This document shows positions 52,051 through 64,000 of a stretch of DNA of 64,000 bases, in pieces (positions within the stretch are counted from its first letter, which is position 1; each line of letters opens with the position of its first letter). Both the position numbers and the translations under genes were made by a program. The stretch comes from Octopus sinensis (taxonomy: Eukaryota). The DNA lies in contig NC_042998.1 of NCBI RefSeq assembly GCF_006345805.1, forward strand, positions 49,476,001 through 49,540,000. The letters run 5' to 3'. The notes beneath the pieces are model-generated. The model saw nothing but the letters and a program-made list of their open reading frames with translations. It was not told where the DNA came from and searched no databases.

Positions 52051-52589
52051 TGATGTATGTGATAATGTGTGTGGTTCTCAGTGTTTATTTCATCGCTTAG
52101 TTTTGAGATAATAACTATTGTATATGAGCTTTTTAAATAGTTCCCATATTTGGCGGCACTAAATTATGTCCTCTGCAATTTTGTAAAACTCAACTTCTCA
52201 AAACAGGTATCGAAACATTTAGTCTCACATAACGATGTTCCCAGTGATCACAACTACATCCGCATTACACGTTTGCCTTTCCCTATTCTGGTGAGCTCAA
52301 TCGCGTTTATAAATTCTTTAAGTAGTGATGCGTACATCCTAGGAAATCTTTTTTTTTGTATCTAAAGTTTTCAAAACATTGTAGCTTCTTGTGTGTCAGT
52401 CTTAACGTCCATCATAAGACTAAATTCACTAACCTCGCCTACTTACATCCCAGCTGTCAGTCACTGCTTTTTATTTTCATATTGAGTCTACTTTACATTC
52501 ATTTAAAATTAGTTCAACCAAAGCTGAAAACATTTCTTTCTATCTTTATTGTACACTGCAAGAGTCTTCAAAAGTGCATAGTTCTTGTA

Positions 52590-53400
52590 CTAGAGGACAT
52601 TTCAACAAGTGCTCCATAGTTTACGTATCTTTGTCATATTCACACATGGTGGTGTTGGAGAAGTTATAATTCCATTTCTTGAGTATCACATTGACTCATC
52701 CAACATCATTCTTGGTCAATTAAAACATTTCCACCTTGCCCAGCTCACATCCACATTAGGTGCTAACTGTCTTCTTGCTACCCACTAGCGTAGTAAGGGG
52801 GCAGTAGTGGTGGCACTTTTAGGTCTGCTGTAGATAATATATGTTTTTGTGGGGTCTGGCGGGGTGGCAAACGGAAGAGCCTCCTCGGGTGACATAAACT
52901 CTAGCTAGGCTAGTGTTGCTACCACTTCTATTATTGATGAGGGTGGTAGGATGGTCTTTTCTTTCTTCCCTCAAAACAAACAGTTTCTTAACCTCGGTAG
53001 TGGTACTGGCCTCAAGGAAAGTAATATACTTAAGAAAGATTTTCCTCGATGTCAGCTGACTTTGAACTGGTATTTCGCCGAACATTTATTTTCTGCCGAT
53101 TACATTCCTTCATACGGATTCAAAATGGCTGGTGATGCCACACCTGCCGGAATATGGAGGCTGTCAGTTTCTGTTGGAGTAAACTTCCTGTGATCAGTCG
53201 ACACAAAGCATTAAAAATGGGATCTAGCTTCTTACCATCGATCGGTCTTTCCTGTACTAGCAGACTCAGCCGTGGAGTACTCAGCAGGATGTTCAAGTAG
53301 TCCGACACATGGTCTGAGGAGGATCGTGCTACTGAGAGTTGGCGCAATGTTTCACAGTTTTTTAGTTGGAAAGGGCACGGTTGGGTCTTAAATGAATTGG
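52590..53400 (-). mobile_element. Ingi/Vingi-like LINE 3' remnant
   Basis: LDPIFNALCRLITGSL..LHILAGVAP; C-terminal CEYD..TMEHLLKCP. Confidence 0.55.
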
Positions 53401-56400
53401 ATTCTTCTCATAATACAGTGTTAGCTGATCAAGAAAACTGATTACTTGTTATACTACCGAGAAATTTTAATCGTGTGCAGCAGCATACAAATCATCAGAT
53501 CATCATAAATCTGTGTGAATTACCACTTCCTGTTTGGTAATTGACGCAGGTACTGCAAAGCACGAGCAAGCACATTCGTTCCCTTGAGGCAGACTATTCT
53601 GTGCATTTTTGTCGACAGGAAACAAGTCTATTTTGGTAGCATTTTTGCTGACAGGGAACAACTTCGTTTACGTCTCAACACCATAAAAATATGTTCTCCA
53701 GCATTCTTTCATTCAGCTCTGCAAACCTGATGTCCTTAATGCTTGCTGAGCAGATACGGTTGATTGTATTGTATTCTGCATAGAAATCAACAAAAAATGT
53801 ACTGGTTACCATTCATTTTTCAAGGTCATTTTCGATGTGGTGTTTTTTTATTTTTTAAAGAAAGCCTATTTGTTTTTAGAATAGGTGTTACATCAGCTGC
53901 TGGCATTATTCCGTTGATGGTTAGGTGCTCAAAGAGATTGACTATTGAGTGTGATTGAGAAGAGTAAGCTCAGCATGTAACTTTTGAGGATTAATGTGTC
54001 TTCTTTGTTTCAGCTGTACTGTTACATGAATCGTCTTCTAGATCTTATGCAGTTTATATGCTGTCACATAATAATTGTGTAGCTGTAAGGACTTCGATGA
54101 CGTGTTCTGAGGCTTCCCTTTAGAAGTTCACATTACCATATTGAAAACTCACTAAGGACTTCTGTATTGTGTTCTGATACTGAGGTGACTTCGATCACAA
54201 AGGCTGCCCTTTCAAAATTCACATCACCATATTGAAAAACCCAGTAAGGATTTCGATATCGTGTACTGATATTGAGGTGACTTCAGTTACTAAGGCATTA
54301 CCATATTGAAAACTCAGTAAAAACTACAATATCGATAGTTTGCTAAAATGTTCATTTCACTTTCAGCAAAGTCATTCTTTTCAACTTCATTTTCTTGTGC
54401 TGTATTTTTGTTTTGTTTCTGTTTATTTTTTCCTGCCAATTTCTTTTATATTTCTATTAGCAATTTAACCCTAATATTTTCTTTGTCATAGAGTCCAGCC
54501 TTAAGATAGATATGATTTCTACAGTTGTAATTGAAGTAGTTCGACTACGAGCTCAGTTACTTCGATATGAAAAATGCCAACTTAGGTCAAACGGAACTCT
54601 GAGTACTGAAAAATAACCTTCCAGTGAAGTTATTTCACTATGAGTGCCATCTTTCTTTTATGTGATATAGAAGCTTCCTGACAGATGGTTTCATCAGGAA
54701 TTTCCTTCTATTAACATAGGATTACTCGAAGGGTCTGCCTTCTCAGTACATAGACGATCTGCTTATAGGATTAACAATATACATCCTTTCATATACGACA
54801 TTATCATTCATTTCTCCTTAACCTCTCGCTTACTGGCTTCCAGCACACAGACTATATATACGTGAGATGCAATATTTGTACAAATAGTACCTGTAACCCC
54901 CCATCTCCTTTATTTAAAGGAGATGGGGGGTTACTGCCATTCAACAATGCTAAGACACAATTCCTTCTTATGTCTACACCTATTTAAAGTCTCAGTCCCT
55001 TCAAATAGCAGGGCTTCACAATCTAGGTTGTAAGCTGTAAATAAATGAACTTCCATTTCGACGATGAATGAGTATTCATTTGTTCAATCTATGGACCTAT
55101 CTATTCATTATATATCATCTTGTATGTTAGTTGAGTATTCCACGGACATGTGTACCACAAACATAATCCTCGATCAGAATCAGTGTGACAGTGTTTGGCA
55201 AGGTTGGACTACAAGTAAAACCATCCGAAGGACTTCCATACAGTTTCTGTCCACCAAATTTCATTTACAAAGCTTGGAATGATCCAAGGCTATGATAAAA
55301 GATATTTGCTCCAGATGCTACGCAGTATGATTGAACCCAGAACATCATGATTACAAAACGAACTTCTTAAACACGATCGTAAGGGTGTGAGTTCGATCCA
55401 TGGTGGCACATTGTGCCTTTGAGCAAGACGCCTTATTTCACATTGCTCCAGTCCACTCAGCTGACAAAAATGAGTTGTACCTGTATTTCAAAAGGCTAGC
55501 CTTGTCACATTCTGTGTCACGCCGAATCTCCCTGAAAACCACGTTAAGGGCACACATATCTGTGGAGTGCTCAGCCACTTGCAAGTTAATTTCACAAGCA
55601 GGCTGTTCCATTGATTGGATCAACTAGAACCCTCGTCATCGTAACCGACGGAGTGCCAGTTATAACAACTACGCAACACAAGTGACTCACTTGTGGGACA
55701 GGCAATACTTAAGATATAAAAAATTGCTGGTTCTCTAGAAATCATAAACAGTGCTCATAATGCGTGTAAGGGAGCTGCAGATGCACACACAAACATTCCA
55801 GATTACATCATAAAACCATATGACTGACATGCAAGCTTTCTTCACAAACATTTTACATCTGGTGAACTTTCACATCACTATTCACATACACTATTGATGT
55901 ATGAGTATTCAGCTGTTTGATCACATGGACAGCCTAGTCATTGAATTAACATGCAAAGCGGTTGAGTATTCCGTAGATATGCATACTTTTAACTTAATTC
56001 TCAGGCATCTTGAGCAAGTCATTTCTACTAGAGGTGCAGGAGCGGCTGTGTGGTAAGTAGCTTGCTTACCAACCACATGGTTCTGGGTTCAGTCCCACTG
56101 AGTGACACTTTGGGCAAGTGTCTTCTACTATAGCCTGGGGCCGACCAAAGCATTGTGAGTGGATTTGGTAGACAGAAACTGAAAGAAGCCTGTCGTATAT
56201 ATCTATATATATGTATGTGTGTGTATATGTTTGTGTGTGTGTCCCCCAACATCGCTTGGCAACCGATGCTGGTGTGTTTACGTTCCCGTAACTTAGCGTT
56301 TTGTATTTTGTGTATTGCTGTGTGCATGTGTACTTGTCGTACCCGTCACTGTTTCACAACCAGTTTTGGCTTGTTTTACGTGTCCGTAACTTAACAGTTT

Positions 56401-57046
56401 GGCAACATAGACCGATAGTATAATTACCGGTCTTAAAAAAAAATAGGAAAAAAATTAAAGAAATAAAAACTACTAGAGTCGATCTGTTCCATAAAAACTG
56501 CTTTAATGTGGTATCCCAGCATAGCTGCAGTTTCATGACTGAAACAAGTAAAAGATAAAATATACTAATTAAATTTCTGGGGTCAGCTATATCGACTAAT
56601 CTCTCTCCATAATTGTTGACCTTATATATAAATCAAAAACCATTGCTCCTTACACCCTTCACCCCCATTTCAAATGCAGCTTATTCTTTAATTTTATAAC
56701 TCTCCCTATAGTGCAAATAATCTTCATACGCAATTACATATTTTTTTGACTGGATATCTGTCGTTAGTATTTAGAATAGACTGTTTACACTTAATATTTT
56801 GATTTTTTTAAAACATATGTTGCGTGATCATTACATCAGTAAATTGTTTTCTCTCCTTTTCCTATATCGTCATACTATCGTAGTAGATTTCTTATCAAAA
56901 GCAATAATTTTAGAACAAAGCAGCAGTTTTCTCAAACTATTCATCGCTACTCTTACTATTAATGCAACTCTTGTGTGTAGGGACTTCCACATAATTGGTT
57001 TGTTGCCTCAACCTATTTATATGATATTTTGGCATAGTTTCGGTAT

Positions 57047-57964
57047 AGTTTCGGTTGTAGTAGCACAGATTTCCGTCGATTTCCGTAAAAAACTTTTATT
57101 TTTTTACATAAGTAATGAGAGCGAAAGAGACTAAGAGGAAGCGATTTTACGACGAGAAGGTTTCACTTTGAAGTCGGCCTGTGTGTGTTTGATGGGGTGT
57201 GGGAGACAGACAGTATGTTGTGTAAGTGAAGTGCTTCTGTTAGTGTGTGTGAAGAGACAGACATACATATACACATACACCGAGTAAAAAATTACTATGA
57301 ATCGGCCATACATACATACATACACACACACACATACATAGATACATACACACACACACATACATACACACACACATACTTACACACACACACATAGATA
57401 CATACACACACACACATACATGCAGACATACATATACACATACACCGAGTAAAAAATTACACTGAATCGACCATACATACATACACACATACATACATAC
57501 ACATACACACATACATAGATACATAACATACACACACACACATACATGCAGACATACATATACACATACACCGAGTAAAAAATTACGATGAATCGTCCAT
57601 ACATACATACATACACACACACATACACACACACACATACACACACACACATACATAGATACATACACACACACACATACATGCATACATACATATACAC
57701 ATACACCGAGTAAAAAATCAGTTATCTCTCTCTTTCACACATTACTCTCTCTGTCTCTTCGCACACACTAACAGAAGCACTTCACTTACACAACATACTG
57801 TCTGTCTCCCACACCCCATCAAACACACACAGGCCGATTTCAAAGAGAAACCTTCTCATTGTAAAATCGCTTCCTCTTAGTCTCTTTCGCTCTCATTACT
57901 TATGTAAAAAAATAAAAGTTTTTTACGGAAATCGACGGAAATCTGTGCTACGACATGCGAAACT
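57047..57964. mobile_element. Foldback-like element: 215-bp inverted arms around a composite tandem array
   Basis: Arms 57047-57261 and 57750-57964 with 8 mismatches by manual comparison. Internal units start ccgagtaaaaaat at 57280, 57445, 57571 and 57706. Confidence 0.8.
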
Positions 57965-58092
57965 TCGCCGATATTTTAATATAACGACAGCTATGCCTGT
58001 CGGGCGAGTTAATGGTCAGAAAAACTTATCTGTATAACCATAAATACTTGCATTGTTCATCTTCAGCTTAGCTATTTTTAGTCTTTTAATAA

Positions 58093-58695
58093 TACTATCA
58101 GTATCGCCCGGCGTTGCTCGGGTTTGTTTCGACCATCTCATCATCATCATCATCGTTTAGCGTCCGCTTTCCATGCTGGCATGGGTTGGACGGTTCAACT
58201 GGGGTCTGGGAAGCCAGAAGGCTGCACCAGGCCCAGTCTGATCTGGCAATGTTTCTACGGCTGGACGCCCTTCCGAACGCCAACCACTCCATGAGTGTAG
58301 TGGGTGCTTTTTACGTGCCACCGGCACAGGTGCCAGACGAGGCTGGCAAACGGCCACGATCGGATAGTGCTTTAGAATTGGAATTTTTGAAAAGTAAAAA
58401 TTTTGCATTATGTAACTTGTGAACAGAAACATTAAGTGAACATTTTTCTGGTTGAAATACACCAAAAAAAATGGCGAAATAGCAGTAAAAAAAATCGTAA
58501 AAACTAGGGACTTTCATAGAAAAGAAGCACCTTTTTGATGTAAATAAATTTTGGTTAACACGGTCCGATTTGAATCTTCTATCATACTCTCAATTTTGGT
58601 CAACTTGCGCCGCAGGGTCTCGGAGGAGATAGTGTTAGTTGAAGGCTACCAAACCTGCCATACACAGACAACTTCAGCTTTATATACATAGAGAT
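58093..58695. mobile_element. HINE-like element carrying a nested SINE-C
   Basis: Starts tactatc..cccggcgttgctcggg and ends cagctttatatacatagagat. Confidence 0.45.
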
Positions 58696-60439
58696 TTACT
58701 TACGAAGGTGTAGAATTGTTAGCACACCGGACAAATGCTTGGCGGAATGTCATCCATTTTTACATACTGAGTTCAAATTTTGCCGACGTCGACTTTGTCT
58801 TTTCATCCGTTCGGGGTCGATAAAGTAAGTACCATTTAAACACTGGGGTCGATGTAGTCGACTTATCTCCCTCCCCTTAAACTGCTGGCCTTGTACCAAA
58901 ATTTGAAAAGAGGACGGTGAATTGGTAGTACCAGTTAAATGTTGGACAAAATTTCTTGCACTGTTTGTTTCAAATCGCTTCGCTCTGAGTTCAACTCCCA
59001 TCGAGTTATTATACTGCGGCCATGCTGGGGCACCACTTTGAATAATTTTAGTCAAACAAATCGATCCCAGGACCTATTTTTTAAAAAGTATGGTACTTAT
59101 TTTATCGGTCTCTTTTGTCGAACCACTAAGTTACGGGGATGTAGACACACCAATACTGGTTGCAAACGGTGGTTAGGGAAAGCAAATAAGTGAGAAGAAA
59201 TAGAATTAGTTGAAATGACCTTTTATTTTTATTGTCATCGTTACGCTGTAAGATGTAGTTTTGTAACAGGATGAGAGATTCCTGCACTGGATGGGTGCTG
59301 CTTGCATCCTTTACATTAAATATTAATTGAAGAAAGAGTGAAGATCTTCCGTTAACTTCAGCACTATAAATATTTATTCTTTGATTCGCAATATAAACAT
59401 TTCCTTCTTCTGGGCGAATCGGCAACTTAGGAGCTTATCGGCAGTAGTCAAATGGAGTGAGTCAATCCTGCCAGCTCAAGCATAGTGGGGAGGCCCCACG
59501 AGGTAGAAGCTCGAGAGAGCTGCTAAACACACATCTGTATTGTTCAGCTGCTGGCGTCCAAGAGAAAGATACAAGAGAATTTTGCTGCTGCTAGTTTTCT
59601 GTGCATGCGCATGAGGGAACTTCCTGCAGGCCTTCCGGAAGATTCCAACCCTGCGCATGCATGCTGGAGATTTCCAAGATGGCATCACTACAGTTTCTTC
59701 ATGTTGTTGTTATACACAGATTATTTGCCATTCTGGTTTCGATTCTGTAGGTAGTTAAATTCATCTTTTGTTGACTGCTAGGAGAACAGATGAAAGAAGG
59801 AGAGAGAGAAAGAGTAAAAGAATTTAGACAAGTAGAGAAGATGAAAGTTGTGTAGTCGCTCAGAGACATACCATATATGAAGTGTTCCTTTTAGCCAGGA
59901 GCCAAATGAAAGAGGTAGAACAGAATGTAAACAAGAACATCGGTTGGGGTATTTTCCATATTTTCCATATTTTCCAAGTTAATAAATGTGGGGATTTTGT
60001 GGAGTCAGCACATTAAACCAAAGCAGCAGTAAAATGGGATTCTTATCTTTTATCTTTAACTTGTTTCAGTCATTTGACTGTGGCCATGCTGGGGCACTAT
60101 CTTGAAAGGTTTAGTTGAATAATTTGATCCCAGGACAACTTTTTTTTAAAGGGTGGTAATTATTCAATAGTTTTCTTTTGTTGAGCTGTTAAGTAAAAAA
60201 AAAAAGCCCAACACCAGTTGTCAAGCAGTGGGGAACACACATACACACACACACACACTCACTCACTCACGCGCACATAGTCAGGCTTCCACACAGTTTC
60301 AGTCTACCAAATTTTCTCGCAAAGTATTAGTCAGCCTAGGGCTACAGTAGAAGACACTTACCCTAGGTGCCACACAGTGGGATTGATCCCAAAACCACAA
60401 TGTTGCAAAGCAAGCTTCTTAACCACACAGCCATAACAT

Positions 60440-61080
60440 GACCAATTGCTTTTATAGCCATCATCTGTTCTCCTGCTCCTTTATATTTTCAACAGTGGCA
60501 TTTCACATTTTTTCTTATTTGCCCTAGCTCATAATTTGTTTCCATCCTGTAGTCAAACACATATTTGTAAAACTCAAAGATTGTTTCTTCATAACCTTCA
60601 GACATCTGCTTAAGTTATGCTTTTTCATGAAACTGTAGCACCAAAATGAAGATTTAAGAATCTCAGTTGCTGGTATATTTCTCTTGTCTGCCAGTCTCCT
60701 TATCTCCAACATTATCCATCGTCATCTTTGTTGAGACTGTATATCCCAAACTTCATTGATTGTCTGTCTATAATTTGTGTGGTTTCCTTCATATGTAGAA
60801 ATTTTGCTTCTTTATGGCAAATCCACATATTTTCATTCTCATTTTATTTAATGTCTCCAGCTGTTTTTTCCATTTATGAATAACTTTTTTATGTTGGTGA
60901 TGGTTCTTATTGTCACTTAGTTGTCTGATTGCCATATAGCTTGGCATATTTAACAATTCATAGCTTTTAATTTGTGATTGTAGTTAGGTGGAAGCTGGAT
61001 TATTTGGTCTGACTGCATGCTGCTTCCAAATAAAACCAACTACAATATTCAGATCATATTAGCATGTTTATTTACAAATT
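60440..61080 (-). mobile_element. pogo-family transposase N-terminal remnant (Brinker-type DBD plus CENP-B HTH)
   Basis: KLKA..KYAKLYGN..KVIHKWKKQLETL; EIRRLA..FWCYSFMKKHNL (compare GWCxRFMKRHxL). Confidence 0.55.
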
Positions 61081-62470
61081 GATGTTACAATTAATTTACA
61101 ATACCAGTAGCTAGTGTGTGTGTAAGAATGTATGCTTGGCAAGAGGTGAAAGTGATATGCATTTGTGCTCGGCAAGAGGTGATCCTTTTAACATGAGGCT
61201 GGAGTGGCAAAGCTATCAGCTAACCAAGAAAATCTCTGTGAATCCTCTGCCAACCATGATTTCTTTGTGAAACTGCTTAGACTTTTCCATTAATCTTTAC
61301 AATTCACAAATATATTAGAATAATGACTGGCTGAAATATGGGCCAAGATCACCTAATAAGGACATTCACCACCAAATATGGAAACTCGATGCACTGTGAC
61401 CTTTGCTCATTACTGAACTGACAGGGTTTTGAATACTGATTACTGCTGTGTGTTTGTCTTCTGTGCATAGTTGCAAATGGTTGTATAGTGTTTCTTACCA
61501 GCTGAATCGCTAAACTGACAGATAAAAGATGGTGTCCATTTCTGTGATGCTTCTGTCTGTCTATATATGATGTGTGTGAAACATCACCAAACAAAAGATA
61601 TTACCATTGTTGGTAAACCCTTCTTACTGGATAATATCCAACATATAACAAAACTAATAAACATGATAATTATACTTTCTGGGATAAATTTATTACAAGT
61701 GAATACTAACTGTAGGTTTATATTACTTAATGGAATTCTACTGAGGACTGAAATCAGCTGTTAACCTTTATTCTACAACTTGTCTTTCAGTAATAAGATG
61801 CAGGATGATGTTTGGGGATTTTTTTTTCATTAACAGAAAAAGTATATGCAGAAAAAACCCCCAAATAAAAATGTAAATTGCTCTCTTTTAAATTTATTCA
61901 ACACAACATTTGTTGAGAGTATCATTTTAACTAGCCAAAAAAAAAAATATATATATATATATAATAAAAAAATAAATAAATAAAATAAAATAAAAATACA
62001 AAAGTACCCCAAAAGGGAATTTGAATATTTGATTTGAGAGAACTTGTGAGATAAGTAGAGGTCATAACTTGGGACAGCGAATTAAGTCAACCTGATTATA
62101 ACATTTATTTATTCTGAATGGAAGACTAACAAAAGTTAGCTTTAATAAAATTTGGATTTAGAATGCAGTAGGATGTAACTAAATATCTCACTGCAGCTTT
62201 TTAGTAATGTCATAGTAAGAGGTTAAAATGCTGTTGAGAGTCAACTTCATCTTTTATGTTTTGGGAGGTTGATAAAATTCTCATGAAGTATTGTTGTTAT
62301 ATAATGTGCTTTCAATTCAATTTTGGGGACTGATATTTATGTTAAAAATCCTCGTTATAAGATACAAGTAACTTTAAACAACGTTTTTGCAAGTGAAACT
62401 CATATATTTGTGTACTATAAAGAAAAGAGCATAAGAATTCAACTTAATTATTCTCTCTTTCTTTTTTCAG

Positions 62471-62541
62471 TAACAATACGTGTATTCCTTTTAAATGAAA
62501 CAATGCATATTAACAAGTACCATGTGCAAGTAACTTTGAAG
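62471..62541 (+). CDS. Complement C3-like / TEP, 71-bp MG2 exon
   Basis: ctttctttttt cag| acceptor, AAG|gtaact donor, phase 1-0. G+TA restores Val: VTIRVFLLNETMHINKYHVQVTLK, like C3 [24 protein letters not shown]. Confidence 0.8.
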
Positions 62542-64000
62542 GTAACTATTCTAAATTAGTTTCTAATGTTGTTTGTTATTTTGGGCAATTGTCAATTGAG
62601 TTTTGTCTGAAATGTTAACTTTTTACATTTTTATTTGATGTGGCCTATGCAATTTAAATTCTTGGACAATGAACTGCTGACATTACTTCTTCTTTTTCCA
62701 AGAAAAACAACACAGAACACATGCACAAGTCAGAATTACTTAGCATAACTAAGGACAGGATTAACCTTTACAAGGTACAAATCAGCTTTGTTTCAGGAAG
62801 AAATACTGCTGTTGTTGTCTCATTAGTGAGACAACTGTCTAGCATTTGTTGATATGGTGAAGACGTGATGGAGTTCCATGCTGTATATGCTAGTGGTCAC
62901 TAAGGGACCTAGGAATTGACTGTTTTTAGAATTACATTGTAGGGTAGGCATGAGAGGCCAAATTTGGCTAGTTTGAACATAGAACGGAGAATATTTGGGG
63001 CAGATATGACTGATTTAAATGCTAAAGTGTTAAAAAATGTTGTCATGTGATTGAGGGAGTTTTGGCCAGTGATCCTCAAACTAATGAATACTAGCCCCCA
63101 CCCAGCTAAAATATTAAGGAAATACTTTGCCTATCCCTGCCAATTATTAATGAGAAGATAAAATAAATTTTGCATCTATATACTTCTGAAGATTATTAAA
63201 GATAGTAATTTATACAATTCCTTTTCAGTCTTTGCAACACCCCATTCCTTGTCCCTTACCATGGGAAACACTGGTTGAGGTCACAAACACAGTTTATTCA
63301 TGATTTTTAAAATTTGATGTGACAGATGACATGTAGTGCCTAGAGGAATAGGTGTAAGTTAAAGCATTCAGAAATGGCGATGGAAGATTGAAATTCTAAA
63401 TAACATATGTTTTCAAGCTTTCAAAAAATATGGAAAATGTGATAAGATTTCGGATGACATCAAATTTAGCTGGAATGGTTATGTAGTTATTCAGTTATGT
63501 AATCAAAATGGATTTAAAAAAAAAAATGAAATTAGTTTTTAGTAACTAAGTACAGGCATAGCTGTGTGGTTAAGAAGCTTGCTTTGCAATCACATGGTTT
63601 TAGGTTCAGTCTCACTGCAGGGCACTTTGGGCAAGTGTCTTGTACTATAGCCCTAGATTGACCAATGCTTTGTGAGTGAAATTGGTTGATAGAAACTGTG
63701 TGGAAGCCTGTTATACACGTGTGTGTGTGTGTGTGTGTGAGTGAGAGAGAAAGTTTGTATTAGTCCCACACACTGTTTGACAACTGGTGTTGGTTTGTTT
63801 ATGTCATTGTAACTTAGCAGTGCCCCAGCATGGCTACAGTCCAATACCTGAAATAAGTAAAAGATAAAGGATAAATCACTGGCACCATAATTATGAATTT
63901 TTGGTACCTTTTGATGTCAAGAAAGACTCAGTTATCTCAAGCATTTCAACGAGCAAATGATACATTTCATCCTTAACTTCCTTATATTTCAGTTTTGCAC

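Noticed and set aside
57270-57720. Repeat-spacer-like array that could be mistaken for CRISPR
   Set aside because: Eukaryotic context, the spacers are CA/CATA microsatellites, and there are no cas genes.
61590-61710. Minus-strand exon-like stretch FIPESIIIMFISFVICWILSSKKGLPTM, faintly like an SLC9/NHE TM segment or GPCR TM6
   Set aside because: The match is only a few residues, the acceptors are weak, and hydrophobic ORFs arise easily in T-rich DNA.
62701-62774. Possible next C3-like exon (KNNTEHMHKSEL...)
   Set aside because: It needs an AAG acceptor and does not resemble the expected NPxG..V..W/F segment.

Overview
AT-rich, repeat-dense eukaryotic DNA with one 100-N gap. The SINE families and microsatellites suggest a cephalopod (Octopus-like) genome; this is inference, not a database result. 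Most long ORFs in the supplied track are microsatellite or decayed-transposon translations. One host gene is well supported: three in-frame + strand exons (43271-43428, 44419-44646, 62471-62541) splice into the MG1-MG2 N-terminus of a thioester-containing protein most like complement C3 (YMIFMPKVFR...GYIFIQTNLPIYRRNEN|VTIRVFLLN). Its signal-peptide exon was not found and it runs off the right end. The rest is nested mobile DNA: REL-type R4/Dong-like LINEs often set in (TAA)n tracts, RTE, Tx1/L1-like, CR1 and Vingi-like LINE fragments, several tRNA-derived SINE families, mariner/Tc1/pogo remnants, and hAT, piggyBac and Merlin MITEs. Unexplained structures include a diverged tail-to-tail inverted duplication retaining splice-like sites (21.8-23.8 kb), near-perfect palindromes abutting (TA)n tracts (one beside a degenerate hammerhead-like core), and a foldback element with 215-bp inverted arms.
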